From: a plasmid
Length of the DNA stretch: 8,328 bases
Strand: one strand, 5' to 3'
Assembly: GCF_056712565.1 (NCBI RefSeq)
Contig: NZ_JBWXXM010000005.1
A program made the translations under genes and the position numbers. Every line of letters starts with the position of its first letter. The stretch's first letter is position 1. The notes beneath the pieces are model-generated. The model was not told the origin of the DNA. It made no database searches and saw only the letters and a program-made list of their open reading frames with translations. Below are positions 1 to 6,500 of this stretch, piece by piece.

Positions 1-486
1 ACCAAGAGGCACACCAACAATAAAACTAAACATTAATGCCACAATTTTTGCCACACCTACATCGACCGCACTTTTCTCCAGCGTGATAAACAAAGGTCGC
101 CAGTTACCAGTTTCTATTGCATTTTTAAAATCAGAACCAACATCATATAGAAAAGATACTCGACTGGTGATTTTAAGCGACTTTGATATCTTCGTTAAAT
201 TCTTAGATAACTCATCATAATTAACAGACTCTAACGCATTAAAAATAGCATCCCGATCAACCTTACTGAATTTCTTATCCAGTACATTCTTATACTTTTC
301 AAATGCTGCCAGAGCTTCATCAACACCTTGAATTTTCTTTCCTTTAGACTTTTCCGCTAAATCCTGAGCAATTTTTGCGTATTTTTCTCCATATTGTTCG
401 GTTATATATTGATAAAATCCAACCATAGTATCAACAGCATCTTTTATCTGGCTCTTTTCAAGAGCATCCTGAGCTTCTTTTAATTT
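1..486 (-). CDS. cka: Pore-forming (channel) domain segment of the colicin gene, open to the window start but out of frame with the upstream part; partial at window edge
   Basis: Reverse-complement translation in the frame whose codons occupy (3,2,1),(6,5,4)... is stop-free from 498 down to 1: [166 protein letters not shown]. This matches the colicin E1/Ia/K/5/10 channel domain as I recall it (not searched). That frame has a stop at 499..501, so it cannot join the upstream ORF without a 1-nt correction. Confidence 0.85.
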
Positions 487-1556
487 CTGCTCTGCCTCTT
501 AACCTCAGCGGCCTTACCATCCCTGAAACTAACAGCATTCTTAAGTTCATTTTCAACTGCGGAGTACTCAGCCTGCTTAGCTTCAAGCTGACGCTGTAGT
601 TTTTTCTGAACGTCACGCCATCCCGGAAATCCGGTGACCTTCACGTCAACACTCTTCTGAGCGTTTTCAAGCTCTCCTGCAACTCTGGAAACAGTAGCTT
701 GCTTACTCTGTACATCACTTTCAGCCTTCGCCAGTTCAGCTTTCGCCTCAGCTAAACGCTTCTCTGCTTCCGCCACCGCCTGTTTCTCTTCATTAAGAGT
801 TTCATGTTCAGCGACCTCTGCATTTTCACGAGCCTTTTCTTCAGCTTCCTTCTGTTTATTCACATCACCAATTTTACTTTGCAATGTATTTTTATAAGAA
901 TTAAGTTTGCTAATATCTGCATCAAGCTGATTTGATTTTTTTTGCAACTCATCAACATCCCTCTCAAGATCAGTGATACCATGATAAGAATGATGCTTGA
1001 ATACTTTTTTCATCTCCTCGATTTTCTTCTGTTTTTCACTAATCTGTGTAGCAATTTTATTCTTCTGCTTTTGTTTTTCATTAATTACATTACCCACCAC
1101 CTTCGAACTCTTATCCATATCACTGACCTGAGCATTCGTTGGTGCAGTATTAACTGAAGCAGTGTTATTGTTGTTATTTCCTGAGCTTTCTGCAAAAAGT
1201 GATGGCATATCACTAATTAAAGAATTAAGAACTCTGGAGACCCCTCCAAATGGATTATCAACCAGAGTTGAATTATCTTCTGTCATAACAATACCATTCA
1301 TCACCGGAAGGCCATCATTATTAATGACAACATCACCCCACGGAGTCAGATATGACTCACCGGTTTTCATCACAGTTGATGTAGAACCAGATGAATTTGA
1401 ATTTCCCTGACCACCATTATTACCATGCCCAGAGCCACCACCCCAGTGAACCCCACTATTACTATTATTATTTCCACCTTGCTGATTCAGATTCGCCCCT
1501 GTTCCCCCCATAGACTCACCAGCAGTTGGTCCATATCCACTTAGTTCTTTAGCCAT
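480..1556 (-). CDS. cka: Colicin, N-terminal translocation and central coiled-coil/receptor-binding part (358 codons), ending at a premature stop caused by a frameshift
   Basis: ORF track 480..1556 (-). Gly/Asn/Ser-rich N-terminus followed by [36 protein letters not shown]...[13 protein letters not shown], which closely resembles my recollection of the colicin A Tol-dependent translocation domain ([38 protein letters not shown]...RVLNSLV). A long K/E/A-rich coiled-coil follows. SD-like AGAGGA lies 7 nt upstream of the ATG (minus strand, + coords 1563..1568). Assignment to colicin K specifically is circumstantial: total length would be about 548 codons if the frameshift were repaired, and the immunity protein is 96 aa. 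Confidence 0.92.
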   Translation of the reverse strand: MAKELSGYGPTAGESMGGTGANLNQQGGNNNSNSGVHWGGGSGHGNNGGQGNSNSSGSTSTVMKTGESYLTPWGDVVINNDGLPVMNGIVMTEDNSTLVDNPFGGVSRVLNSLISDMPSLFAESSGNNNNNTASVNTAPTNAQVSDMDKSSKVVGNVINEKQKQKNKIATQISEKQKKIEEMKKVFKHHSYHGITDLERDVDELQKKSNQLDADISKLNSYKNTLQSKIGDVNKQKEAEEKARENAEVAEHETLNEEKQAVAEAEKRLAEAKAELAKAESDVQSKQATVSRVAGELENAQKSVDVKVTGFPGWRDVQKKLQRQLEAKQAEYSAVENELKNAVSFRDGKAAEVKRQSRN

Positions 1557-1600
1557 AAATTCCTCTTTGATAATTAAAACAATAAATTAAAAACAATATA

Positions 1601-1631
1601 CTGTACATATAACCACTGGTTTTATGTACAG
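1601..1631 (-). promoter_or_regulatory. Tandem overlapping LexA boxes (SOS operator) of the colicin promoter
   Basis: Minus-strand sequence CTGTACATAAAACCAGTGGTTATATGTACAG contains two overlapping CTGT-N8-(A/C)CAG motifs, the double SOS box typical of colicin promoters. It lies about 45 bp upstream of the colicin ATG. A candidate -35 TTGACA is at 1659..1664 (minus strand). Confidence 0.85.
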
Positions 1632-1796
1632 TAAAAACCTACTACTCAGCATTGTCCATGTCAAGAGCATGGATTTTCATTTTTGCAATAAGGATCACAC
1701 TATGGGGAGGCAGGCATTGAGAACGTCGAAACAGAACACCGGAGCAAATCAGGATGAGATATAAAACTGTTGGATCATGAAAAAACGGAGAACGAT

Positions 1797-2087
1797 GTGA
1801 GCAAATCACCCCGCCATAAACTGAACAAAACAGACAAACGACTTCTCGACACCCTTGTTGCTGCCGGATATGAGCATGACAAAGCCCGTGACCTCATCCA
1901 GAAACAGGTTTACACGCTGACACTGGCTGATCAGCGTCATGTGGTCAGTGAAATCAGTAATGGTGTGAATCCCACCCAGGCTTACTCGGCGGTATACCAG
2001 GCAAGACGCATTCGCCTCGCCCGTAAATATCTGAACGGTAAAAAGGTTATGGAAGAAACCGGGGAAAATACGCCCCCATCAGCGTAA
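1797..2087 (+). CDS. Hypothetical small basic protein (96 aa from GTG 1797; 105 aa if TTG 1770 is used)
   Basis: ORF track 1770..2087 (+). There is no in-frame ATG near the 5' end; GTG at 1797 is preceded by GGAG (1788..1791) at good spacing. The product is hydrophilic and basic (VSKSPRHKLNKTDKRLLDTLVAAGYEHDKARDLI...). I do not recognise a family and it could be non-coding. Confidence 0.25.
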   Translation: MSKSPRHKLNKTDKRLLDTLVAAGYEHDKARDLIQKQVYTLTLADQRHVVSEISNGVNPTQAYSAVYQARRIRLARKYLNGKKVMEETGENTPPSA

Positions 2088-2357
2088 GGATTTCTTTTGC
2101 CGCTCCAGAGACTCCAGTTTTTTACGCAAATCCTCTCTTTTTTGGGCATCTCTGGTGCCAGCCAGCTCTGCTCTCAACTCATCGATCTGAAGTTGTATCT
2201 TCAGTCTGTTACTGAACATTTTCTGTCTGGCATTAACATCCGCAACAATGCCGTTTTTTGTCTTCTCGGCCTTTTGTTGAAAAACATTGCTGTCCGCATG
2301 ACTGGCAACCGAAGCAGAAAGAACACTAAAAAGCAGGACTGGCACACATTTTTTCAC
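2079..2357 (-). CDS. Small secreted/periplasmic protein with Sec signal peptide (92 aa, GTG start); candidate entry-exclusion or envelope protein
   Basis: ORF track 2079..2357 (-). N-terminus MKKCVPVLLFSVLSASVASHA/DSNVF has the n-, h- and c-regions of a signal peptide with an A-x-A-type cleavage site. The ~71-aa mature part is highly charged and helical. GTG start with AGGA about 9 nt upstream. The opposite-strand ORF 2097..2402 looks like antisense noise. Confidence 0.45.
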   Translation of the reverse strand: MKKCVPVLLFSVLSASVASHADSNVFQQKAEKTKNGIVADVNARQKMFSNRLKIQLQIDELRAELAGTRDAQKREDLRKKLESLERQKKSLR

Positions 2358-2478
2358 GGGATTATTCCTGACTCATTGACCATCAAATCACATTGGGAGT
2401 AAACCGACGTATGATAAGAGATACTCTTCGGAGATATAACTCCCTGAGTATCAAGATTAAAAACGCAAGGAGATGTTT

Positions 2479-2901
2479 ATGAGATCTGCCGCTGCCAGGC
2501 TGCTTCTGATACCTCTGATAACAGCAACAATAGCTCTTACAGGATGCACACCAAAGACCAGCCTGGAACGACATACCCGGCATTATGTTTATGCTTCAGA
2601 TGATGGATTTGATCCTAACTTCTACACCCAGAAAGCAGACACCATACGTATGATGCTCCCGTTCTTTCAGCAGTTCCGGGATATGGGGATGAAAGACAAA
2701 GCAGCCGGAGTATCAGCAGAAACGGCACAGCAACGTGTAAAAGAATTCCACTCAGAAAAATTTTTTCACTCACTCCGGAGCACAACAGCCTTTGCTGGCA
2801 GAAAATACACAAACAGCGATATGCCTTCGCCGAAAAAAATGAAACTAATGGCAGACACCATTTCTGCGGTTTATCTCGATGGATACGAGGGCAGACAGTA
2901 A
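2479..2901 (+). CDS. Lipoprotein (140 aa), possible entry-exclusion-type protein of ColE1-like plasmids
   Basis: ORF track 2473..2901; I prefer ATG 2479 because the SD AAGGA (2467..2471) is 7 nt upstream. N-terminus MRSAAARLLLIPLITATIALTGC is a signal peptide ending in the lipobox L-T-G-C. The position between colicin promoter and mob genes is where ColE1 carries exc genes as I remember it; homology was not verified. Confidence 0.65.
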   Translation: MRSAAARLLLIPLITATIALTGCTPKTSLERHTRHYVYASDDGFDPNFYTQKADTIRMMLPFFQQFRDMGMKDKAAGVSAETAQQRVKEFHSEKFFHSLRSTTAFAGRKYTNSDMPSPKKMKLMADTISAVYLDGYEGRQ

Positions 2902-3274
2902 GGGATTTACCATAATCCCTTAATTGTACGCACCGCTGAAATGCGTTCAGCGCGATCACGGCTGCTGACAGGTAAAAATGGCAACAAACCACCCGAAAAG
3001 CTGCCGCGATCGCACCTGATAAATTTTAACCGTATGCATAGCTATTCAGCCATGTGAATAACGCTGGTTTTGCCTGCGTAAACCTCATGACACTGTTTTT
3101 TTTCCATCTTTTCAGTTGATGACATACGCAGACATCGCGGGATGAGGCTGAGGAATGAGCGCGATCTGGCAAAGAGGCAAAACACAGCAACAAAAACGAC
3201 ACGCCAGAATCGCGCCCGGATGCGTTTTTAACGCGTTCCGGTACCATCTGGCAACCTCCCGGAACAACTCACCG

Positions 3275-4873
3275 TCACATCCCTATTGACGGGCCACGCC
3301 ATACCCGTGCTTCCCGTTCCTGCTCTTCATGCCAGGACCGCGCACGCTCCCGTTCCAGGCGTGCCTGCCTTTCCTGTTCATCCCTTATCTGCTGTTCGTG
3401 ATAAATAACCGACTCAAGTGGTCCACCTGCCCGGCTAATCTCTGCACCTGCTGACTCAAGTCGTCGCACTGTTCCCTCAGTTGCCCGTTCTCCTGTCGTG
3501 TCAGCTCGAACATATGCTGCAAATCCGTGAAGGCGCTCTCCCAGTCTTTCAGCCGCTGCGTATAGTCCTGCTGCAATTGCTCTAAGGCGTTCAGTAAGTG
3601 CATTTCCAGCTCTGTCATACTCACTTACTCCCTGACCAGTCTTACTGCGTTCTTCTTCTCCACCGTCCAGTTGTTTTCCCCCTTCACCCCGGACGGCAAC
3701 ACCAGAAATTTCCCGTTCCTGCCCTCGTGATACGTCACACCCCATGTTTTTTCCCGGAGTTTCGCCAGCGTCTCTTCCTGGTCCCTGATAGCCAGGATGT
3801 TCGCCGCAATCCGGCTTTCCTGCCACTGAATCAGCCCCCATGACGCCAGAAAAATCCCGCCCGTGACGCAAAGCGCCGTCAGCGACGGGTACAGTATCCG
3901 CCCTTTGACCAGCTTCCAGAGCAGCTCTTCCTGCCGCCGGGCCAGTTCGTTCTCTGTGGCGCTGAACTGCGCGTTCACGGCACTGTTCAGCGTCTCCAGT
4001 TGTTCTTTCACCGCTGCTGTGTGTGCGCTGATAGCGTCTCTGATTTTCTGCCCGTTTAAGTTCAGTTCCCTGTCTACAGACGCTTCGAGCTTCCTGAACT
4101 CGCTGTTCAGCATGTTCTCTGTAGAGACGGCACGCTCTTTCAGTTTCTTCTCGAAGTCTGTCCCCATTTGTAAAAGATTGCTCATACAGCGCCCCTTTCA
4201 GCCTGAGATTACGCCCACCCTCCGGGTCGGCGATACTGATACTGCTCCTGGTTGTCCTCACAACCTCAAAACCTGCCGCTGTAAGCGCCTCAGTGACATC
4301 CTGACGCGTTTTTAGCGCTCCGGCATGGTAAAGAGCCTCCAGTCCCCTCGTAATCGCTTCTGCGGCCTCCTGTTTCGCTTTCGGCAGATTATTCGGGGTG
4401 ACAAGTGTCCGCCTGTTCTCCGGTGCGTTCGGGTCGTGCAGCCCGTAATGGTGATTCACCAGTGTCTGCCAGGCATTGATTCGCGGACGGTCCGCTCGGT
4501 CGTAATAGGGCTGGAGCCGTTTTCCGCTCGCCAGCTCCATATTCGGGATGACAAAATTCAGCTCAAGACGCCCCTTGTCCTGGTGCTCCACCCACAGGAT
4601 GCTGTACTGATTTTTTTCAAGACCGGGCATCAGTACCCGCTCAAAGCTCTCCATCACCCTTTCACGCTCTCCCGGTGGCAGGGTCTGCTCTGCAAAAGAC
4701 AGAACCCCCGAGGTGTATTTTTTCGCAAACGGCGTGGCATCGATGAGTTCCCGCACCTCTTCGGGAGCACCCCGCAGAACTCTCGCCCCTTCCCGGTTAC
4801 GCTCCCGGCCCAGCAGGTAATCAACCGGACCACTGCCACCGCCTTTTCCCCTGGCATGAAACTTAACTATCAT
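3275..4873 (-). CDS. mbeA: Mobilization relaxase MbeA (ColE1-type, MOB HEN family)
   Basis: ORF track 3275..4900 (-). From the internal Met it reads MIVKFHARGKGGGSGPVDYLLGRERNREGA...ILWVEHQDKGRLELNFVIPNMEL...QPYYDRADRPRINAWQ, matching ColE1 MbeA as I recall it. The ATG at 4873..4871 overlaps the mbeC stop in the usual coupled arrangement. The compositionally odd C-terminal half fits mbeB and mbeD being encoded in other frames. Confidence 0.92.
   Translation of the reverse strand: MIVKFHARGKGGGSGPVDYLLGRERNREGARVLRGAPEEVRELIDATPFAKKYTSGVLSFAEQTLPPGERERVMESFERVLMPGLEKNQYSILWVEHQDKGRLELNFVIPNMELASGKRLQPYYDRADRPRINAWQTLVNHHYGLHDPNAPENRRTLVTPNNLPKAKQEAAEAITRGLEALYHAGALKTRQDVTEALTAAGFEVVRTTRSSISIADPEGGRNLRLKGALYEQSFTNGDRLREETERACRLYREHAEQRVQEARSVCRQGTELKRAENQRRYQRTHSSGERTTGDAEQCRERAVQRHRERTGPAAGRAALEAGQRADTVPVADGALRHGRDFSGVMGADSVAGKPDCGEHPGYQGPGRDAGETPGKNMGCDVSRGQEREISGVAVRGEGGKQLDGGEEERSKTGQGVSEYDRAGNALTERLRAIAAGLYAAAERLGERLHGFAAYVRADTTGERATEGTVRRLESAGAEISRAGGPLESVIYHEQQIRDEQERQARLERERARSWHEEQEREARVWRGPSIGM
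3385..3618 (-). CDS. mbeD: Mobilization protein MbeD, nested within the 3' part of mbeA in another frame
   Basis: ORF track 3385..3624 (-), product M(S)MTELEMHLLNALEQLQQDYTQRLKDWESAFTDLQHMFELTRQENGQLREQCDDLSQQVQRLAGQVDHLSRLF. ATG at 3618 with GGGAG upstream; an alternative GTG at 3624 abuts the mbeB stop. Confidence 0.75.
   Translation of the reverse strand: MTELEMHLLNALEQLQQDYTQRLKDWESAFTDLQHMFELTRQENGQLREQCDDLSQQVQRLAGQVDHLSRLFITNSR
3625..4185 (-). CDS. mbeB: Mobilization protein MbeB, nested within mbeA in another frame
   Basis: ORF track 3625..4185 (-), product MSNLLQMGTDFEKKLKERAVSTENMLNSEFRKLEASVDREL... with a hydrophobic segment (LYPSLTALCVTGGIFLASWGLI). SD-like AAAGGGG upstream of the ATG. 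The stop abuts the mbeD start. Confidence 0.8.
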   Translation of the reverse strand: MSNLLQMGTDFEKKLKERAVSTENMLNSEFRKLEASVDRELNLNGQKIRDAISAHTAAVKEQLETLNSAVNAQFSATENELARRQEELLWKLVKGRILYPSLTALCVTGGIFLASWGLIQWQESRIAANILAIRDQEETLAKLREKTWGVTYHEGRNGKFLVLPSGVKGENNWTVEKKNAVRLVRE

Positions 4874-5210
4874 CCCGTTCTCCCTGTTTACGGACCTCAT
4901 CCCTCAGCTCACTCAGTTCACGTCCGATGGCCATCAGTGCAGCCACCACATGAACCCGGTCATGCCCCGACCACTGTCCGCTGTTTATCTTCCGGGCTAT
5001 CTGATTCAGGTTATTGCCGACCGAAGCGAACTGGCGCAACAGCGGCGGTGCCAGTGTCGGAAGACCTGACGTTTTCGATGGCGGTGCCCCCAGGCAGACC
5101 TTACGCATCCATGACGCAAGTTGTTTTCCCTCACAACGTGCCAGCAGCCGCGCATGTTCCTCATCCGTGACCCGTATCGTGAGCATCCTTTCGCGTTTCA
5201 CCGGTATCAT
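4863..5210 (-). CDS. mbeC: Mobilization accessory protein MbeC (relaxosome component)
   Basis: ORF track 4863..5363 (-). The conserved part MLTIRVTDEEHARLLARCEGKQLASWMRKVCLG...LAPPLLRQFASVGNNLNQIARKINSG...HVVAALMAIGRELSELR matches ColE1 MbeC/MobC as I recall it. Start chosen at ATG 5210 (GGAGG 7 nt upstream); ATG 5186 is an alternative. The first 52 codons of the track ORF are treated as spurious. Confidence 0.85.
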   Translation of the reverse strand: MIPVKRERMLTIRVTDEEHARLLARCEGKQLASWMRKVCLGAPPSKTSGLPTLAPPLLRQFASVGNNLNQIARKINSGQWSGHDRVHVVAALMAIGRELSELRDEVRKQGERDDS

Positions 5211-5253
5211 TAAAAACCTCCGACAGACTCCCCACACATGGAGAAACAGAACT

Positions 5254-5445
5254 GTGACTAAACAGGAAAAAACCGCCCTTAACATGGCCCGCTTCATCAG
5301 AAGCCAGACGCTGACCCTGCTGGAAAAACTGAATGAACTGGACGCCGACGACCAGGCTGACATCTGCGAAGCGCTTCACGACCACGCTGACGAGCTTTAC
5401 CGCAGCTGCCTCGCACGCTTCGGAGATGACGGTGAAAACCTCTGA
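5254..5445 (+). CDS. rop: Rop/Rom RNA one modulator protein (63 aa, GTG start)
   Basis: VTKQEKTALNMARFIRSQTLTLLEKLNELDADDQADICEALHDHADELYRSCLARFGDDGENL is near-identical to ColE1/pMB1 Rop as I recall it. GTG start at 5254 with GGAG about 10 nt upstream. The ORF-track entry 5014..5445 is an in-frame upstream extension with no support. Confidence 0.93.
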   Translation: MTKQEKTALNMARFIRSQTLTLLEKLNELDADDQADICEALHDHADELYRSCLARFGDDGENL

Positions 5446-5535
5446 CACATGCAGCTCCCGGAGACGGTCACAGCTGGCCTGTGAGCGGATGCCGGGAGCA
5501 GACAAGCCCGTCAGGGCGCGTCAGCGGGTTTTAGC

Positions 5536-5600
5536 GGGTGTCGGGGCGCAGCCATGACCCAGTCACGTAGCGATAGCGGAGTGTATACTGGCTTAATCAT
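5536..5600. other. bom / oriT region (basis of mobility) with relaxase nic region
   Basis: Sequence gggtgtcggggcgcagccatgacccagtcacgtagcgatagcggagtgtatactggcttaa corresponds to the pMB1/ColE1 bom region as I recall it, including the ...TATACTGGCTTAA... nic region. It sits between rop and the origin as in pBR322. Confidence 0.6.
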
Positions 5601-6253
5601 TTGGCATCAGTGAGGATTGTATGAAAAGTGCACCATGCCGGGTGTGAAATGCCGCACAGATGCGTAAGGAGAAAATGCTCGTCCAGGCGCTTTTCCGCTT
5701 CCTCGCTCACTGACTCGCTCCGCTCGGTCGTTCGGCTGCGGCGAGCGGTATCAGCTCACTCAAAGACGGTAATGCGGTTATCCACAGAATCAGGGGATAA
5801 CACCAAAAGAAACATGTGAGCAAAAAACAAGAACCCGGAAAAGGCCACGCAGCTGGCGTTTTTCCATAGGCTCCGCCCCCCTGACGAGCATCACAAAAAC
5901 CGACGCTCAAGTCAGAGGTGGCGAAACCCGACAGGACTTAAAGATACCAGGCGTTTCCCCCTGGTGGCTCCCTCGTGCGCTCTCCTGTTCCGACCCTGCC
6001 GCTTACCGGATACCTGTCCGCCTTTCTCCCTTTGGGAAGCGTGGCGCTTTCTCATAGCTCACGCTGTTGGTATCTCAGTTCGGTGTAGGTCGTTCGCTCC
6101 AAGCTGGGCTGTGTGCACGAACCCCCCGTTCAGCCCGACCGCTGCGCCTTATCCGGTAACTATCGTCTTGAGTCCAACCCGGTAAGACACGACTTAACGC
6201 CACTGGCAGCAGCCATTGGTAACTGGATAGTGGATTTAGATACGCAGAACTCT

Positions 6254-6281
6254 TGAAGTTGAAGCCTTATAGCGGCTACAC
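6254..6281 (+). promoter_or_regulatory. RNAI promoter (-35 TTGAAG, -10 TACACT)
   Basis: TTGAAG at 6254..6259, a 16-nt spacer, TACACT at 6276..6281, then the RNAI start about 6289. Same architecture as pMB1. Confidence 0.65.
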
Positions 6282-6288
6282 TGGAAGG

Positions 6289-6392
6289 ACAGCATTTGGT
6301 ATCTGTGCTCCACTAAAGCCAGTTACCCGGTTAAGCAGTCCCCAACTGACTTAACCTTCGACTAAACCGCCTCCCCAGGCGGTTTTTTCGTT
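6289..6392 (+). ncRNA. RNAI antisense copy-number control RNA
   Basis: Starts at ACAGCATTTGGTATCTG (pMB1 RNAI starts ACAGTATTTGGTATCTG) and ends at the hairpin plus T-run ...ccgcctccccaggcggttttttcgtt. Its promoter has -35 TTGAAG (6254..6259) and -10 TACACT (6276..6281) as in pMB1. Loop sequences differ from pMB1. Confidence 0.8.
6364..6392 (+). terminator. RNAI intrinsic terminator
   Basis: Stem aaaccgcct / aggcggttt with loop cccc, followed by a T-run (ttttttcgtt). Confidence 0.7.
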
Positions 6393-6402
6393 TACAGGCA
6401 GC

Positions 6403-6432
6403 AGATTACGCGCAGAAAAAAAGGATCTCAAG
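6403..6432 (-). promoter_or_regulatory. RNAII promoter (-35 TTGAGA, -10 TAATCT on minus strand)
   Basis: Minus-strand sequence cttcTTGAGAtcctttttttctgcgcgTAATCTgctgcctGTAAAC has a 17-nt spacer and matches the pMB1 RNAII promoter as I recall it. Confidence 0.7.
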
Positions 6433-6454
6433 AAGATCCTTTGATCTTTTCTAC

Positions 6455-6459
6455 TGAAC
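6455..6459. repeat. IS2 target-site duplication (TGAAC), right-end copy
   Basis: TGAAC immediately outside the IS2 end at 6460; an identical TGAAC lies at 7791..7795 outside the other end. IS2 is known to make 5-bp duplications. Confidence 0.85.
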
Positions 6460-6500
6460 TGGATTTGCCCCTATATTTCCAGACACCTGTTATCACTTAA
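6460..6500. repeat. IS2 terminal inverted repeat (IRR)
   Basis: Imperfect inverted repeat partner of 7749..7790; shared core CCAGACA...ATATCACTTA. Confidence 0.8.

Larger units (their letters stand above)
5840..6395 (-). ncRNA. RNAII replication pre-primer of a ColE1-type origin (ori transition point near 5840)
   Basis: 5830..6440 is nearly collinear with the pMB1 ori sequence (ttccataggctccgcccccctgacgagcatcacaaaaa...). The 5' end is placed by analogy at the GTAAACGAAAAAACC motif (minus strand, about 6395). The 3' end is approximate. Confidence 0.7.

Noticed and set aside
499-501. Programmed ribosomal frameshift as the explanation for the colicin frame break
   Set aside because: No slippery heptamer or downstream structure is evident at 483..501 and colicins are not known to use recoding; a simple indel or sequencing error is more parsimonious.
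942-1410. Two plus-strand ORFs (942..1157 and 1162..1410)
   Set aside because: Antisense to the well-supported colicin coding sequence; products are low-complexity with no start signals.
2097-2402. 101-aa plus-strand ORF
   Set aside because: Mirror image of the signal-peptide protein gene on the minus strand, which has a much more protein-like product.
2383-2992. Minus-strand ORFs 2383..2583 and 2615..2992
   Set aside because: Antisense to the lipoprotein gene; Cys-rich junk-like products with no RBS.
3026-3247. 73-aa minus-strand ORF downstream of mbeA
   Set aside because: No ribosome-binding site, odd Cys-rich composition; the 2902..3274 interval is more plausibly non-coding.
3598-4315. 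Plus-strand ORFs 3598..3843 and 3863..4315
   Set aside because: Antisense to the mbeA/mbeB/mbeD overlap region; chance ORFs in GC-rich DNA.
4654-4857. 67-aa minus-strand ORF inside mbeA
   Set aside because: Alternate frame within the N-terminal relaxase domain; no start signal and no known nested gene here.
4325-5170. 281-aa ORF on the plus strand
   Set aside because: Lies entirely antisense to mbeA/mbeC in a GC-rich region where long antisense ORFs arise by chance. The product is low-complexity (Pro/Arg/Ser-rich) with no recognisable motif or RBS.
4863-5363. N-terminal 52-59 codons of the track ORF for mbeC
   Set aside because: The extension runs back across the rop start and is Ser/hydrophobic junk. 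A strong GGAGG precedes the internal ATG at 5210, and the conserved MbeC sequence starts near there.
5014-5445. 143-aa plus-strand ORF containing Rop
   Set aside because: Only the last 63 codons (from GTG 5254) are Rop; the upstream in-frame extension is antisense to mbeC and has no support.
5161-6185. Short ORFs 5161..5505, 5333..5557, 5628..5819, 5707..5910 and 5964..6185
   Set aside because: They fall in the rop-antisense, bom and ori/RNAII region, which is collinear with the non-coding pMB1 origin.
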